This document shows, piece after piece, positions 1-9,609 of a stretch of 64,000 bases of DNA (within the stretch, counting starts at the first letter, position 1; each line of letters opens with the position of its first letter). The notes beneath the pieces were generated by a model that worked only from the letters and a program-made list of their open reading frames with translations, was not told the DNA's origin and made no database searches. The stretch is from assembly GCA_050182275.1 (NCBI GenBank), contig JBFXCK010000002.1:2285-66284 (forward strand). The letters are read 5' to 3'. The position numbers and the translations under genes are program-made. The DNA comes from Dongiaceae bacterium. GTDB lineage: Bacteria > Pseudomonadota > Alphaproteobacteria > SHNJ01.

Positions 1-2
1 AA

Positions 3-371
3 TTGGCTTTCAAATTTTGGATGCGCATGACCCGTTGGTACCTTGCCCAAGACCCGCCCAAGGAAGGGGGAGAAGATCCCGGCAGCGGCGTCGTGGTTAA
101 ATCAAAGCCCAAAACCAAAAAACCATCCATGTATAAGGTGGTTATGCTGAATGATGATTATACGCCGATGGAATTTGTGGTGCATGTGTTGGAGCGGTTT
201 TTCAATAAAACACATGAAGACGCCAGCCGGCTGATGTTGCAAGTTCACAACCGCGGCGCCGCTATATGCGGCGTGTACACTTACGAGGTTGCGGAAACCA
301 AAATTAGCCAAGTGATGGATTACGCTAGAGCCAATCAGCACCCGCTGCAATGCACGATGGAGAAGGAATAG
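3..371 (+). CDS. clpS: ATP-dependent Clp protease adaptor ClpS
   Basis: The protein carries the ClpS core ([28 protein letters not shown] ... [19 protein letters not shown]) and lies directly upstream of clpA. The true start is probably the ATG at 21 or 27 rather than the TTG at the window edge. Confidence 0.85.
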   Translation: MAFKFWMRMTRWYLAQDPPKEGGEDPGSGVVVKSKPKTKKPSMYKVVMLNDDYTPMEFVVHVLERFFNKTHEDASRLMLQVHNRGAAICGVYTYEVAETKISQVMDYARANQHPLQCTMEKE

Positions 372-375
372 ATAC

Positions 376-2679
376 ATGTTATCCCGCAATCTAGAACGCA
401 CCCTGCACCGCGCGATTGACGCTGCGACCGAGCGCCGTCACGAATTCGCGACCTTGGAGCATTTGCTATGGGCCTTGACCGAGGATCCTGATGCGTTGGC
501 GGTGATCCGTTCCTGCGGCGGCGACGTGGCCCGGTTGCGCCAGGTTTTATTGGAATATTTATTGACCAACATTCCGACCATCGCCTTAACTTCCACGGCC
601 AAGCCCACGGTTGCTTTTCAGCGTGTAATTCAGCGCGCGGTGGTGCATGTGCAATCGGCCGGCCGCGCCGAAGTGAACGGCGCCAATGTGCTGGTCGCGT
701 TATTCAACGAACCCGAATCGCATGCGGTCTATTATTTACAAAGCCAAGACATCACGCGCTTTGATGCGGTCAATTATTTATCGCACGGCATTGCCAAGGT
801 GCCGGGCGCGTCCAAGGCAAAAAGCGCCCCTTCAGGCGCGGCGGAAGAAACCTCTCAAGCAGAAAAAGATTCGGCTTCCAGCGCGCTGGCGGCCTATACC
901 GTTAATCTGAATGCCAAGGCGGCGGATGGCAAGATCGATACGCTGATCGGCCGTGCCGATGAAGTCGAGCGCACCATTCAAGTTCTATGCCGCCGCTCTA
1001 AAAATAATCCGTTATATGTTGGCGAGGCGGGGGTTGGTAAAACGGCGATTGCCGAGGGGCTGGCCTTACGCATTATAAAAGGCGAAGTGCCGGAAGTTTT
1101 ATCCAATGCGGTGATTTACGCCCTCGATATGGGCGCGTTATTGGCCGGCACGCGTTACCGCGGCGATTTTGAAGAGCGGTTGAAAGCGGTATTGGCCGAG
1201 CTGCAAAAACAGCCGCACGGCGTTTTATTTATCGATGAAATTCATACTTTAATCGGCGCGGGCGCCACGAGTGGCGGATCGATGGATGCTTCGAACTTAT
1301 TAAAACCCGCTTTGGCCAGCGGCGGTTTGCGCTGTATCGGTTCGACCACCTATAAGGAATACCGTAATTATTTTGAAAAAGACCGGGCGCTGGTGCGCCG
1401 CTTCCAAAAAATCGATGTGGCCGAGCCTTCGGTGGAAGACGCCTTTAAAATTCTGCAAGGTATTAAAGGCTATTATGAAAAGCATCATGACGTCACTTAC
1501 ACCACGCCCGCGATTAAGGCGGCGGTCGAGCTTTCCGCCAAATATATCGGCGACCGCAAATTACCGGATAAGGCGATTGACGTCATTGACGAAGCGGGGG
1601 CGGCGCAGAAAATGCGTAGCGCCGAAAATCGGAAATCGATTATCGATGTCACCGACATTGAAAATATCGTCGCCAAGATAGCGCGCATTCCGCCGAAATC
1701 GGTTTCAAGCGATGACCGCAAGGCGATGCAAAATCTGGAGGAAGATTTAAAACGCATGGTATTCGGCCAAGACCGCGCGATTGGCGCTTTGGCCAGCGCC
1801 ATCAAATTGGCGCGTGCGGGCCTGCGGGAAGGCGAAAAACCGATTGGCTGTTATTTATTCTCCGGCCCGACCGGCGTTGGTAAAACCGAAGTGGCCCGTC
1901 AATTGGCGCACATTATGGGGATTCAGCTAACCCGCTTTGACATGTCGGAATATATGGAGCGGCATTCGGTGTCGCGCCTGATTGGCGCCCCTCCCGGCTA
2001 TGTCGGATTTGAACAAGGCGGCTTGCTAACCGATGCGGTTGATCAGCATCCGCATTGCGTCTTGCTGTTGGATGAAATTGAAAAGGCCCATCCCGATTTA
2101 TTCAATATTCTGCTGCAGGTGATGGATCACGGTAAATTGACCGACCATAACGGTAAGACGGTTGATTTCAGGAATGTGATTTTAATTATGACCACCAATG
2201 CCGGCGCCGCCGACCTTGCCAAGCCGGGAATTGGTTTTGGAAACACCGTGCGCACCGGTGATGATGAAGAAGCGATCAAAAAAATGTTCACCCCTGAATT
2301 CCGCAACCGCTTGGATGCAATCATCCCCTTCGCTTCTTTAAGCGAGGAAAGCGTTCTCAAAGTGGTCGACAAGTTCATTTTGCAGCTGGAAGCTCAATTG
2401 GCCGACCGCCAAGTATCCCTCGAGCTATCTGCTGCGGCACGGCAAATCGTGGCGAAAAATGGATTTGATCCCCTTTATGGCGCCCGCCCCTTGGCCCGTT
2501 TTATCCAGGAAAAGGTCAAACAGCCTTTGGCCGAGCAATTGTTGTTTGGCGACCTGCGGGGCGGCGGCCATGTCAAAATTGACAGCGTCGATGGGAAGTT
2601 TACCTTTGATATCAAATCTTTGCCTAATAAAGCCCCATCCGATAAAAACTCCACTAGGCCAGAAGAACTGGTTCCTTAG
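376..2679 (+). CDS. clpA: ATP-dependent Clp protease ATP-binding subunit ClpA
   Basis: 767 aa with an N-terminal Clp repeat domain and two AAA+ modules ([10 protein letters not shown] and [13 protein letters not shown] Walker A motifs, [10 protein letters not shown] Walker B). It follows clpS. Confidence 0.95.
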   Translation: MLSRNLERTLHRAIDAATERRHEFATLEHLLWALTEDPDALAVIRSCGGDVARLRQVLLEYLLTNIPTIALTSTAKPTVAFQRVIQRAVVHVQSAGRAEVNGANVLVALFNEPESHAVYYLQSQDITRFDAVNYLSHGIAKVPGASKAKSAPSGAAEETSQAEKDSASSALAAYTVNLNAKAADGKIDTLIGRADEVERTIQVLCRRSKNNPLYVGEAGVGKTAIAEGLALRIIKGEVPEVLSNAVIYALDMGALLAGTRYRGDFEERLKAVLAELQKQPHGVLFIDEIHTLIGAGATSGGSMDASNLLKPALASGGLRCIGSTTYKEYRNYFEKDRALVRRFQKIDVAEPSVEDAFKILQGIKGYYEKHHDVTYTTPAIKAAVELSAKYIGDRKLPDKAIDVIDEAGAAQKMRSAENRKSIIDVTDIENIVAKIARIPPKSVSSDDRKAMQNLEEDLKRMVFGQDRAIGALASAIKLARAGLREGEKPIGCYLFSGPTGVGKTEVARQLAHIMGIQLTRFDMSEYMERHSVSRLIGAPPGYVGFEQGGLLTDAVDQHPHCVLLLDEIEKAHPDLFNILLQVMDHGKLTDHNGKTVDFRNVILIMTTNAGAADLAKPGIGFGNTVRTGDDEEAIKKMFTPEFRNRLDAIIPFASLSEESVLKVVDKFILQLEAQLADRQVSLELSAAARQIVAKNGFDPLYGARPLARFIQEKVKQPLAEQLLFGDLRGGGHVKIDSVDGKFTFDIKSLPNKAPSDKNSTRPEELVP

Positions 2680-2877
2680 GTGTGGCGCCCCCTTACTTCT
2701 CTGTAAGGCTGTTCAGCCATAAAATTTTTTTAAATTAGGCCACCCCATTTTACTTTTCTGGGGATAGGTAGCCATTACTCAAAGGGGAATAAGGGGAACT
2801 CGATTTTTTTCCTTTTCAATTATGATTAGCTGCGCTACAAACATATACTTAGGCAATAAAAACAAAGGCAGGCAATC

Positions 2878-5493
2878 ATGAAAAATCACCATAATAAGGG
2901 ATTTGGTGTTGGTTACGCCTTGGCCGTAATGGCTTTGGTAGCCGGCAGCAGCGTTTTAATGACTCAGCATATGAGCAGTGTCGCCCGTATGCAGGGGCGC
3001 ACGCAAGAAACTTTTAATGTGCAGCAAGCTTTGCAGCGCGCCGATGCTGAAATCAAACTAAGCATGCGCGAAGTAGTGGGGGGCATTGCTTATCCGCCCG
3101 CTTATAGCCGTCTTGATCAAGATGGCCAAACCATCACCTGGCCGCCGGCAGGGCGTTTTGCCAGCCGTCAATCGGCCGATGGCGGGTATTTGCCGAACAA
3201 TTTTGTCAATCGCGGCGATTCCCGCGGGCAATTTTTATATTGCGCTTATCGTAATAACACATCGCGGATTGATCCGACGATTGATCGTGATGGCAATCCT
3301 TTGCCGGCAAGCGATGCGCAAAACCGTATTTCTTTAAACAATGAAGCAATTGGCCGCGAACAAATCAGCGTAGCGCCGGCCTATGCGTTAATTGCGATGA
3401 ACGGTGCGGGCCAATATGGAATAGCTTGCGAAGATTTGTACCGCACCAATGAAGCGGGCGCGCAAGTGCGCCGCACCGCCGAGGAATTGAACGCTATCGC
3501 CAATGGCAGCCGTTTTATAATCGCCACCAACGATGAGGCTTTGGCGGGAGCCGCGAATAACCGGATCAATATTTTGGCCGGCACTGCCGGCAGCACATCG
3601 TGCGACGAAACCCGTGATAAATTGGTTTTCACCGTCGATCAAAACGGCATGACCCGTTTCATTTGCGTACCGGAAATTGCTTTCCCGGTCAGCGCGCATA
3701 ACCGCGATGGCGCCGGTGAAGGGATTTTGGTTAATCCGATCGAAAATGCCGATGTCGATAAGCCGTTTGAATTCCGGCGTATTCAAGGGATTGGCAATGT
3801 CAGCGTTACCACAGCGCCCGATGGCGGGATTTTGATTCAAGGCATGTCCGGTGAAGTTAATGCCCGCAATATCGGTGCAACCGGTCAAGATATTTTGAAT
3901 GTTGGCACCGATGGCGCCTTAGAGTTCCGGCGTTTGGAGGGCATCAATGGCCTTACCATTTTCCGCAGCCTAAGCGGTGAATTGATATTGGATGCCTCGG
4001 GCGCCATTGCCGGCGCTACCGAATTAGGCGTTAATATTCCTCTCACTACGGTTGCCGGCGAACAAAGCGTATTTGCGGGCAAAGTTGGCAACACTTTTCA
4101 ATTCCGCAAATTGGTTGGCAATAACGGCATCAATCTAACCAACGATACCGAAGGCAGAATCGTGGTTGGCATTGGCGGAACAACGCCGGGCGAATTATTA
4201 CAGCCTTTGGATTGTGATCCCATTACGCAAAAACTGCGTTGGAACACTAGTCTTAACCCGCCGCGTTGGGAATGCGCGCTTGATCAAGCCGGCGGCGGTG
4301 GCACCATTAACAATGCAGTCAATGGCGGCGGCGGCCAGGTGCAAGTATTCCGGAACATCACCAACGGCACTTTAAACTTCCGCAGCTTAACGGCAGGGCC
4401 GGGGATTGCTTTATCTCAGACCAATGATGTGATTACCATTGGCTTAAGCGGTGCGGTCGGGGGTGTAACGGTCGGCAGCACAGGCAGCGGCGCACGTTTA
4501 GTTGCCGAGGCTAATGGCCCGCAAAGCACTCTAACTTTCCGTAGTTTGGCGGCTTTGGCCGGCGGCGGCTTGGAAGTAAGCGATGGCAGCAATGGCACAA
4601 TCGCTTTTGGTTTACAAAGCTGTGCGGAAGGGCAAATCTTAGGGCGCATTGGTGGTACCTGGCAATGTCAAAACCCGCCGACAGGCGGAGGTGACGGCGT
4701 TAGCAATATTGTTTCTTGCAACAATCAGCAGACCCGTACCGCAGCATCGAATACCGCCTGTGGTAGCGCACGCCGGATTCAATTAAATACTTTTACCAAC
4801 AGCCCGCCCGCGCAAATTGCCGAACAGCTTAACACTCCTGGTTCTTGGGTGCCAGTTGGCTGCCGCGATTTGTTTGGAAACCGCATTAACACCTTTGCTT
4901 CGCAAATCTGGTGGGATCCGGCGGCAATTTATCCGGGCGCCAGTGTAACAGGTGCTTGGCGCACCTTCGCTGATAATAGCGCCAGATTCTGCGTCGATGG
5001 CACGCTGGTAGTTGCGCAAGTGGGAGGTTCGGGCACGCCCGGCACAATGACGATCGATTCGTTTGAGCAGACCTACCACATCGATGACAACATCGAAATC
5101 GCTCCCTTACTGCCCGGCAGATCATCGGCCACATCTTGGACCGACCTTGATCAAGCCAGATGGCGTACGGATGTAAGAAACGTTCAATTACGCCCAGGTT
5201 TGTGGAAAATCGATGTCTATGGAACGACATATATATGCAGCTCGGCCGATGCTTTCCAAACCACGCGGTTGCTGTTCCATGAAGACCGGCCAGCGAACGA
5301 TCCGAACCGTAAAACCGTCACACTTAAAGGCGCTAACTGCCCCGAGGGGAACGCGCCTTATAATATCTCGACTTTGGTGAGGGTGCCAGCCGATGGAAGA
5401 TTCGGCGTCATGTCGGTTCCCAGTAGCACCGGCGGTAATTTACAGCGTGTTGCCAATATCCAGGGTGTGACAGCTATACGCGTCGGCGATTAA
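2878..5493 (+). CDS. Large repeat protein of unknown function (paralogue 1); pseudopilin/PilX_N-like N-terminus and Cys-rich C-terminal domain
   Basis: Uninterrupted 871-aa ORF. A short basic leader is followed by G-F and a hydrophobic helix (KGFGVGYALAVMALVAGSSVLM). There are five F-R-x-L-x-x-G-x-G repeats and a conserved C-terminal domain shared with 5722..8424. The gene has its own terminator. Confidence 0.7.
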   Translation: MKNHHNKGFGVGYALAVMALVAGSSVLMTQHMSSVARMQGRTQETFNVQQALQRADAEIKLSMREVVGGIAYPPAYSRLDQDGQTITWPPAGRFASRQSADGGYLPNNFVNRGDSRGQFLYCAYRNNTSRIDPTIDRDGNPLPASDAQNRISLNNEAIGREQISVAPAYALIAMNGAGQYGIACEDLYRTNEAGAQVRRTAEELNAIANGSRFIIATNDEALAGAANNRINILAGTAGSTSCDETRDKLVFTVDQNGMTRFICVPEIAFPVSAHNRDGAGEGILVNPIENADVDKPFEFRRIQGIGNVSVTTAPDGGILIQGMSGEVNARNIGATGQDILNVGTDGALEFRRLEGINGLTIFRSLSGELILDASGAIAGATELGVNIPLTTVAGEQSVFAGKVGNTFQFRKLVGNNGINLTNDTEGRIVVGIGGTTPGELLQPLDCDPITQKLRWNTSLNPPRWECALDQAGGGGTINNAVNGGGGQVQVFRNITNGTLNFRSLTAGPGIALSQTNDVITIGLSGAVGGVTVGSTGSGARLVAEANGPQSTLTFRSLAALAGGGLEVSDGSNGTIAFGLQSCAEGQILGRIGGTWQCQNPPTGGGDGVSNIVSCNNQQTRTAASNTACGSARRIQLNTFTNSPPAQIAEQLNTPGSWVPVGCRDLFGNRINTFASQIWWDPAAIYPGASVTGAWRTFADNSARFCVDGTLVVAQVGGSGTPGTMTIDSFEQTYHIDDNIEIAPLLPGRSSATSWTDLDQARWRTDVRNVQLRPGLWKIDVYGTTYICSSADAFQTTRLLFHEDRPANDPNRKTVTLKGANCPEGNAPYNISTLVRVPADGRFGVMSVPSSTGGNLQRVANIQGVTAIRVGD

Positions 5494-5521
5494 GCCCTTA
5501 TCTAACTCTGTTCTTTATAAA

Positions 5522-5552
5522 AGGGGCGCTTTTTTAAGTGCCCCTTTTTTTG
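5522..5552 (+). terminator. Rho-independent terminator of paralogue 1
   Basis: aggggcgc / gtgcccct stem of 8 bp (one G-U), an 8-nt loop, then a T7 run. It starts 29 nt after the stop codon. Confidence 0.8.
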
Positions 5553-5721
5553 CCCATTTTTGGCGGGTCTTGGCAGGAAAATTAACCTTTCCTCAATAAT
5601 TGTCATTAATCTGTAACATTAGTCCTGTATTGTAAAAGATGACAAGTGGTTGTAATATAATCACGATTATGTTATTAAACTTATTAAGTATCTGATTTAC
5701 AACGAATATATAGGACGGGCC

Positions 5722-8424
5722 ATGAGAAGCAAAGTAAACACCCCCCTGGCGGCAAAAAGCTCCTTAAAGGAGTTCTTGCTTGGAAAAAATAGAAAATATC
5801 AACGCGGCATGATCGGTTATGCCATGGCGGTGGTGGTCGCAACCGCCATGGCCGGCGGCTTGATGATGAATAGTATGAGCACCGGCATACGCACCACCAA
5901 TGCAATTACCCGCTCCACCGACGCTAATAGCGTTTTACAGGCGGCACGGGTTCAATTGGCTCAATCCGCTAGTTTTGATAGCCTGGGCATTCCCGTTTCG
6001 GTGCCGGCGGAAGATAATCATATCCCTATGCGCTTTCCGGAAAACGATGATTTTCAAGAGCGTGCCCACAGCGAACAATCGGTAGTCAGCGCCGCCAGCT
6101 TCCGTGGGGAACAAATTATTTATGTCCCCTTTTATAACCGTAATTCAAATGAACCCAACGGCTATGTCAGGGGCAGGGTGGCTTCAACCCAAGTGGAGGC
6201 TTTAAACCGTCCGGTGTTTATGCTGATTCTGGGCGGACAAGATGGGGTGCAAACGCCTTATAACGATCCGAACACTTTTATGAATAGCGATGGCAGCATG
6301 CGTCCGGTTTCGGTATTAGCAGAACAATACCCGACCGACCGTTTTGCTGCGGCTACCATACAAGACGTTATGAATATTCAAGCGGCTAACGCCACGCAAA
6401 TGATCCGTGTGGCGGCGCAAGAAGAAGGCATGCCCCTAGGCGGCGCGCCCACCAGCACTTGCCCGGCGGCGACGCATAAATTGGTTTTTGCGGTTAACGC
6501 CAATGGCCAAACCGTGTTTGCCTGCGTGCCGGAACAAGACCCGAAAGTAACGGGAGAAAATATAATTCCGGAAACGGTAATGAACGGTGTTGGACAACTA
6601 TTCGCCGAGCGTATTTTTATTCCCAATGAACAAACCCCTGCTAATACGGTTAGCAAGCTGCGCTTCCGTTCAATTTTGGGCGGCCTCAATGTGAATGTTG
6701 GTCAAAGCGATGAGGCCGTGATGTTAAGCGTTAATGCCGAAAATGCCGGTCAAAACGGCGCCGGTATTTTCAGACAAGGCTTTAATGCGCAAGGTCATCA
6801 AACCATGCAGTTCCGCCGCTTGGTGGCGGGCGCGGGCGCTAGCGTACAAGAAGTGGGCGATACGATCGTTATCAGCGCCATGGGCTTGGGCGGCGGGCCG
6901 GTTGGTTTAACTGCGGTCAGCGCGCAACGTTTTGGCGATGATAATACGCATGCTATCTTCATGGGCGGTGACGGCACGCCCGGCAATCCGCTTTCTTTCA
7001 GTGATTTACGCGCTGGCGCTGGCATTGCCATGGGCCGCGGAAGTAAAGGCGAATTGATTATCGCCAATACCAGCCCGGCTTCAAGCGTTGAGGGTATTAA
7101 CGTCGGCGGCGGGCAAGATCCCAGCGTGACGGACGATAAGCCGGGAGCGAATGGCATTTATGCCGGGAAAGATGATGAAAACCGCCTGATGTTCCGGCGC
7201 CTTGTGGCTGGGCAGGGCATTAAAATATCCGCCAATAAGGATGATGAGGACAATGGTAAATCGGCCATTGTAATCGAGGTTGATGGTTCAGTCGGTGGCG
7301 TGGCGAATGCAACCAATATTGGTAGCGGCGCTTCGGTCTATGCCAATAATGCCAACGGCACTTTATCCTTCCGCCGCGTCAATGACGATGGCCAAGGTGT
7401 AACGGTACGTCAAGTCGGCGACAATGTTAGAGTAGGGGTTGATGTCGCCCAATTATCGCAAACCTTGAATTTAAGCCGCTTTGTGCAAATCGGCCAAGAG
7501 CAAGATCCGATCTTTGCCGCCTCACGTCCGGCGACGGCTTGCGAAGGTACGCAACGTTTAAGCTGGGATGGCACGGCCTTTGTATGTATGGCTCCGGCTG
7601 GACAATCTGGCGGCGGCGCAACGCCCTTGAGCAGCAATATCGTTTCTTGCACGAATGCGCAAACCCGCGGCGCTGCAAGCAGCGAAGCTTGCGGCAATGC
7701 GCGCCGGATTCAACGAGGCACTTTAACCACCAGCCCGCCCGCGCAAGTGGCGCTGCAAATGAACACACCCGGCTCGTGGGTGCCGATTGGTTGCCGTGAT
7801 TTATATGGCTCGCAAATTAACAGTTTTGCTTCGCAAATCTGGTGGGATCCAACGGCGACTTACCCCAGCTCCGGTGTGGCTGGCGCATGGATTACCTTTG
7901 CCGATAGTGGTGCTAGATATTGCGTCGATGGTACCTTAGTGATTGCTCAAGTCGGCGGCTCGGGTACGCCAGGCACCATGACGATCGATTCATTCGAGCA
8001 AACTTACTTTGTGGAAAACAATGCCGAAATCGCTCCCTTATTGCCTGGCAGATCATCGGCCGCATCTTGGACCGACCTTGATCAAACCAGATGGCGCACG
8101 GATGTACGGAACGTAACTTTGCGCGCCGGCTTATGGAAAGTGGATGTGTATGGCGGCGTATATATATGCGGCTCGGCCGATGCCTATCAAACTACGCATC
8201 TGTTGTTCCATCAAGACCGGCCGGTTAATGATCCGAACCGCAAAGTGGTGACGCTTAAATCGGCTAACTGCCCTGAAGGCAATGCGGCTTATAATGTCTC
8301 TACATTGGTTAGAGTGCCGGCAGATGGACGGTTTGGGGTTCAATCGGTGCCAGTCAGCACCGGCGGCAACTTGCAGCGGGTCTCGAATATCCAAGGAATC
8401 GTGGCGATCCGCGTCGGCGATTAG
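5722..8424 (+). CDS. Large repeat protein of unknown function (paralogue 2)
   Basis: 900-aa ORF with the same architecture as 2878..5493 (QRG-MIGYAMAVVVATAMAGG N-terminus, five F-R-x-L-type repeats). The C-terminal ~263 aa are roughly 80 percent identical to paralogue 1 by eye. Confidence 0.7.
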   Translation: MRSKVNTPLAAKSSLKEFLLGKNRKYQRGMIGYAMAVVVATAMAGGLMMNSMSTGIRTTNAITRSTDANSVLQAARVQLAQSASFDSLGIPVSVPAEDNHIPMRFPENDDFQERAHSEQSVVSAASFRGEQIIYVPFYNRNSNEPNGYVRGRVASTQVEALNRPVFMLILGGQDGVQTPYNDPNTFMNSDGSMRPVSVLAEQYPTDRFAAATIQDVMNIQAANATQMIRVAAQEEGMPLGGAPTSTCPAATHKLVFAVNANGQTVFACVPEQDPKVTGENIIPETVMNGVGQLFAERIFIPNEQTPANTVSKLRFRSILGGLNVNVGQSDEAVMLSVNAENAGQNGAGIFRQGFNAQGHQTMQFRRLVAGAGASVQEVGDTIVISAMGLGGGPVGLTAVSAQRFGDDNTHAIFMGGDGTPGNPLSFSDLRAGAGIAMGRGSKGELIIANTSPASSVEGINVGGGQDPSVTDDKPGANGIYAGKDDENRLMFRRLVAGQGIKISANKDDEDNGKSAIVIEVDGSVGGVANATNIGSGASVYANNANGTLSFRRVNDDGQGVTVRQVGDNVRVGVDVAQLSQTLNLSRFVQIGQEQDPIFAASRPATACEGTQRLSWDGTAFVCMAPAGQSGGGATPLSSNIVSCTNAQTRGAASSEACGNARRIQRGTLTTSPPAQVALQMNTPGSWVPIGCRDLYGSQINSFASQIWWDPTATYPSSGVAGAWITFADSGARYCVDGTLVIAQVGGSGTPGTMTIDSFEQTYFVENNAEIAPLLPGRSSAASWTDLDQTRWRTDVRNVTLRAGLWKVDVYGGVYICGSADAYQTTHLLFHQDRPVNDPNRKVVTLKSANCPEGNAAYNVSTLVRVPADGRFGVQSVPVSTGGNLQRVSNIQGIVAIRVGD

Positions 8425-8446
8425 TTAAGGGGAGGGTATAGGGAAG

Positions 8447-8476
8447 GGCCGGTGGCGACACCGGCCTTTTTCTTTT
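8447..8476 (+). terminator. Rho-independent terminator of paralogue 2
   Basis: ggccggtg-gcga-caccggcc hairpin followed by tttttctttt. Confidence 0.8.
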
Positions 8477-8601
8477 GTAATCCAATAGCTTAAGAAAATC
8501 TTGAATATGCGCCGTTAATGCGTATAGTTAACAAGATTTTAGTTTATTTCCTTTTATATTTCCTGTTCCTTGTAATTCTGTTTTTATCTTAGAGGGTATG
8601 T

Positions 8602-9243
8602 ATGGATATCAAATTCGATCTACGCGTGGTTGAGTTATTGTTCTCACGAGTGTGCCATGATTTAGTTGGCCCCGTTGGCGCTGCTTTGAATGGCGTTGAA
8701 TTGCTGGAAGAATATGGCGGTGAGATGGCCGATGAAGCATTGGGCTTGCTTGGCAATAGCGCACGGGTGGCTTCACGCCGTTTAAAAGTGTATCGCGTGG
8801 CTTATGGGATGGCGGCTGGCGCTGCGGTATCATCTTTGGCTGATGTGCGCTCGCTCGTACAGGAATTTATCGAAGGCAGCAAAGTTACCCTCGATTGGCC
8901 CGATTCGGCGATTCCGCAAATTGCGGTCGACCGTAACGGCATTAAGTTGATTTTAAACACCATGATTTTGGCGGCCGAATGTTTACCACGCGGTGGCGCC
9001 ATCGGTTTTCGCATCGAGCCGGATGGCAATAACAGCAAATGCACTATTACCGCCAAGGGCCAAGGCGCCCGCCTGGTCGATGGGGTAGCTGAAGCCATGC
9101 AGCCGGATGCGCAAATCGACCGGCTTGATCCCCGCACGGTGCATTCTTATTATTTAGGCCGCTTCGCCCAAGTGCATCAAGCTAACCTAACCCGCACCGA
9201 TCAGCCCGATTTGGTGACCTTTACCGGCCAGATTAATTCCTAG
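8602..9243 (+). CDS. chpT: Histidine phosphotransferase ChpT (CckA-ChpT-CtrA phosphorelay)
   Basis: 213 aa. The N-terminal motif LLFSRVCHDLVGPVGAALNGVELLEE matches the ChpT/HPTransfase His box as I recall it, followed by a pseudo-HK C-terminal fold. ctrA is present in the same window. Confidence 0.75.
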   Translation: MDIKFDLRVVELLFSRVCHDLVGPVGAALNGVELLEEYGGEMADEALGLLGNSARVASRRLKVYRVAYGMAAGAAVSSLADVRSLVQEFIEGSKVTLDWPDSAIPQIAVDRNGIKLILNTMILAAECLPRGGAIGFRIEPDGNNSKCTITAKGQGARLVDGVAEAMQPDAQIDRLDPRTVHSYYLGRFAQVHQANLTRTDQPDLVTFTGQINS

Positions 9244-9312
9244 ATCGCTGGTAATCGCTCTTCCCCTTAACTATATTCTCCGCTAGAACAAAGTTCGATA
9301 AACTGGCCATAT

Positions 9313-9397
9313 GCGGGCGTGGCGAAATTGGCAGACGCACAAGATTTAGGTTCTTGCGCCGCAAGGCGTGGGGGTTCAAGTCCCTCCGCCCGCACCA
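9313..9397 (+). tRNA. tRNA-Leu (anticodon TAG)
   Basis: Hand-folded cloverleaf: acceptor gcgggcg/cgcccgc, anticodon stem caaga/tcttg with loop tt-TAG-gt, a long variable arm, T-loop ttcaagt, and an encoded CCA. Confidence 0.9.
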
Positions 9398-9401
9398 CCC
9401 A

Positions 9402-9512
9402 CCCTACGCCTTCGGCTTCGGGTGGCAGGCCACGCTAGTGGACTGACACGCGAAGGCGATCTTAGGCGTAGGAGTGTCGCCCGAAGCTTTAGCGTAGGGG
9501 GACTGGTCGCCT
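9402..9512. repeat. Intergenic hairpin repeat family 1, copy A
   Basis: ccctacgccttcggcttcgggtggc ... cgcgaaggcgatcttaggcgtaggagtgtcgcccgaagc ... recurs at 16857..16958 and partly at 19690..19752. It contains inverted segments cctacgcc/ggcgtagg and gccttcg/cgaaggc. Confidence 0.7.
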
Positions 9513-9609
9513 TACCGCCGACCTTAAATTCTGTCTTGCTCCCGTCTAATTCAGGCCCTAAACTGCCTACTTCTCAAAAATCAACCTTCAACTAATAGCG
9601 ATTCATTCT

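Noticed and set aside
4270-4350. Gly runs in giant paralogue 1 (AGGGGTINNAVNGGGGQVQV) as possible RTX calcium-binding repeats that would make it a substrate of the ABC/MFP pair.
   Set aside because: They do not follow the GGxGxDxUx nonapeptide periodicity, there are no tandem Asp positions, and the protein has an N-terminal membrane or pilin-like segment rather than a C-terminal T1SS signal. The genes are also 24 kb from the ABC/MFP operon.
5582-5596. A near-consensus CtrA box, TTAA-cctttcc-TCAA, upstream of giant paralogue 2. A similar one-mismatch site, TTAA-gaaaatc-TTGA, lies upstream of chpT.
   Set aside because: Both have one mismatch in a half-site and sit in AT-rich intergenic DNA where such patterns arise by chance. 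I did not treat them as evidence for cell-cycle control of these genes.
9368-9595. The ORF-track protein of 75 aa (PPAPPTLRLRLRVAGHASGL...), and the similar ORF at 16736..17023.
   Set aside because: Both are translations across the family 1 intergenic repeat. The first also starts inside tRNA-Leu. Neither has an SD, and the only conserved part is the repeat itself.
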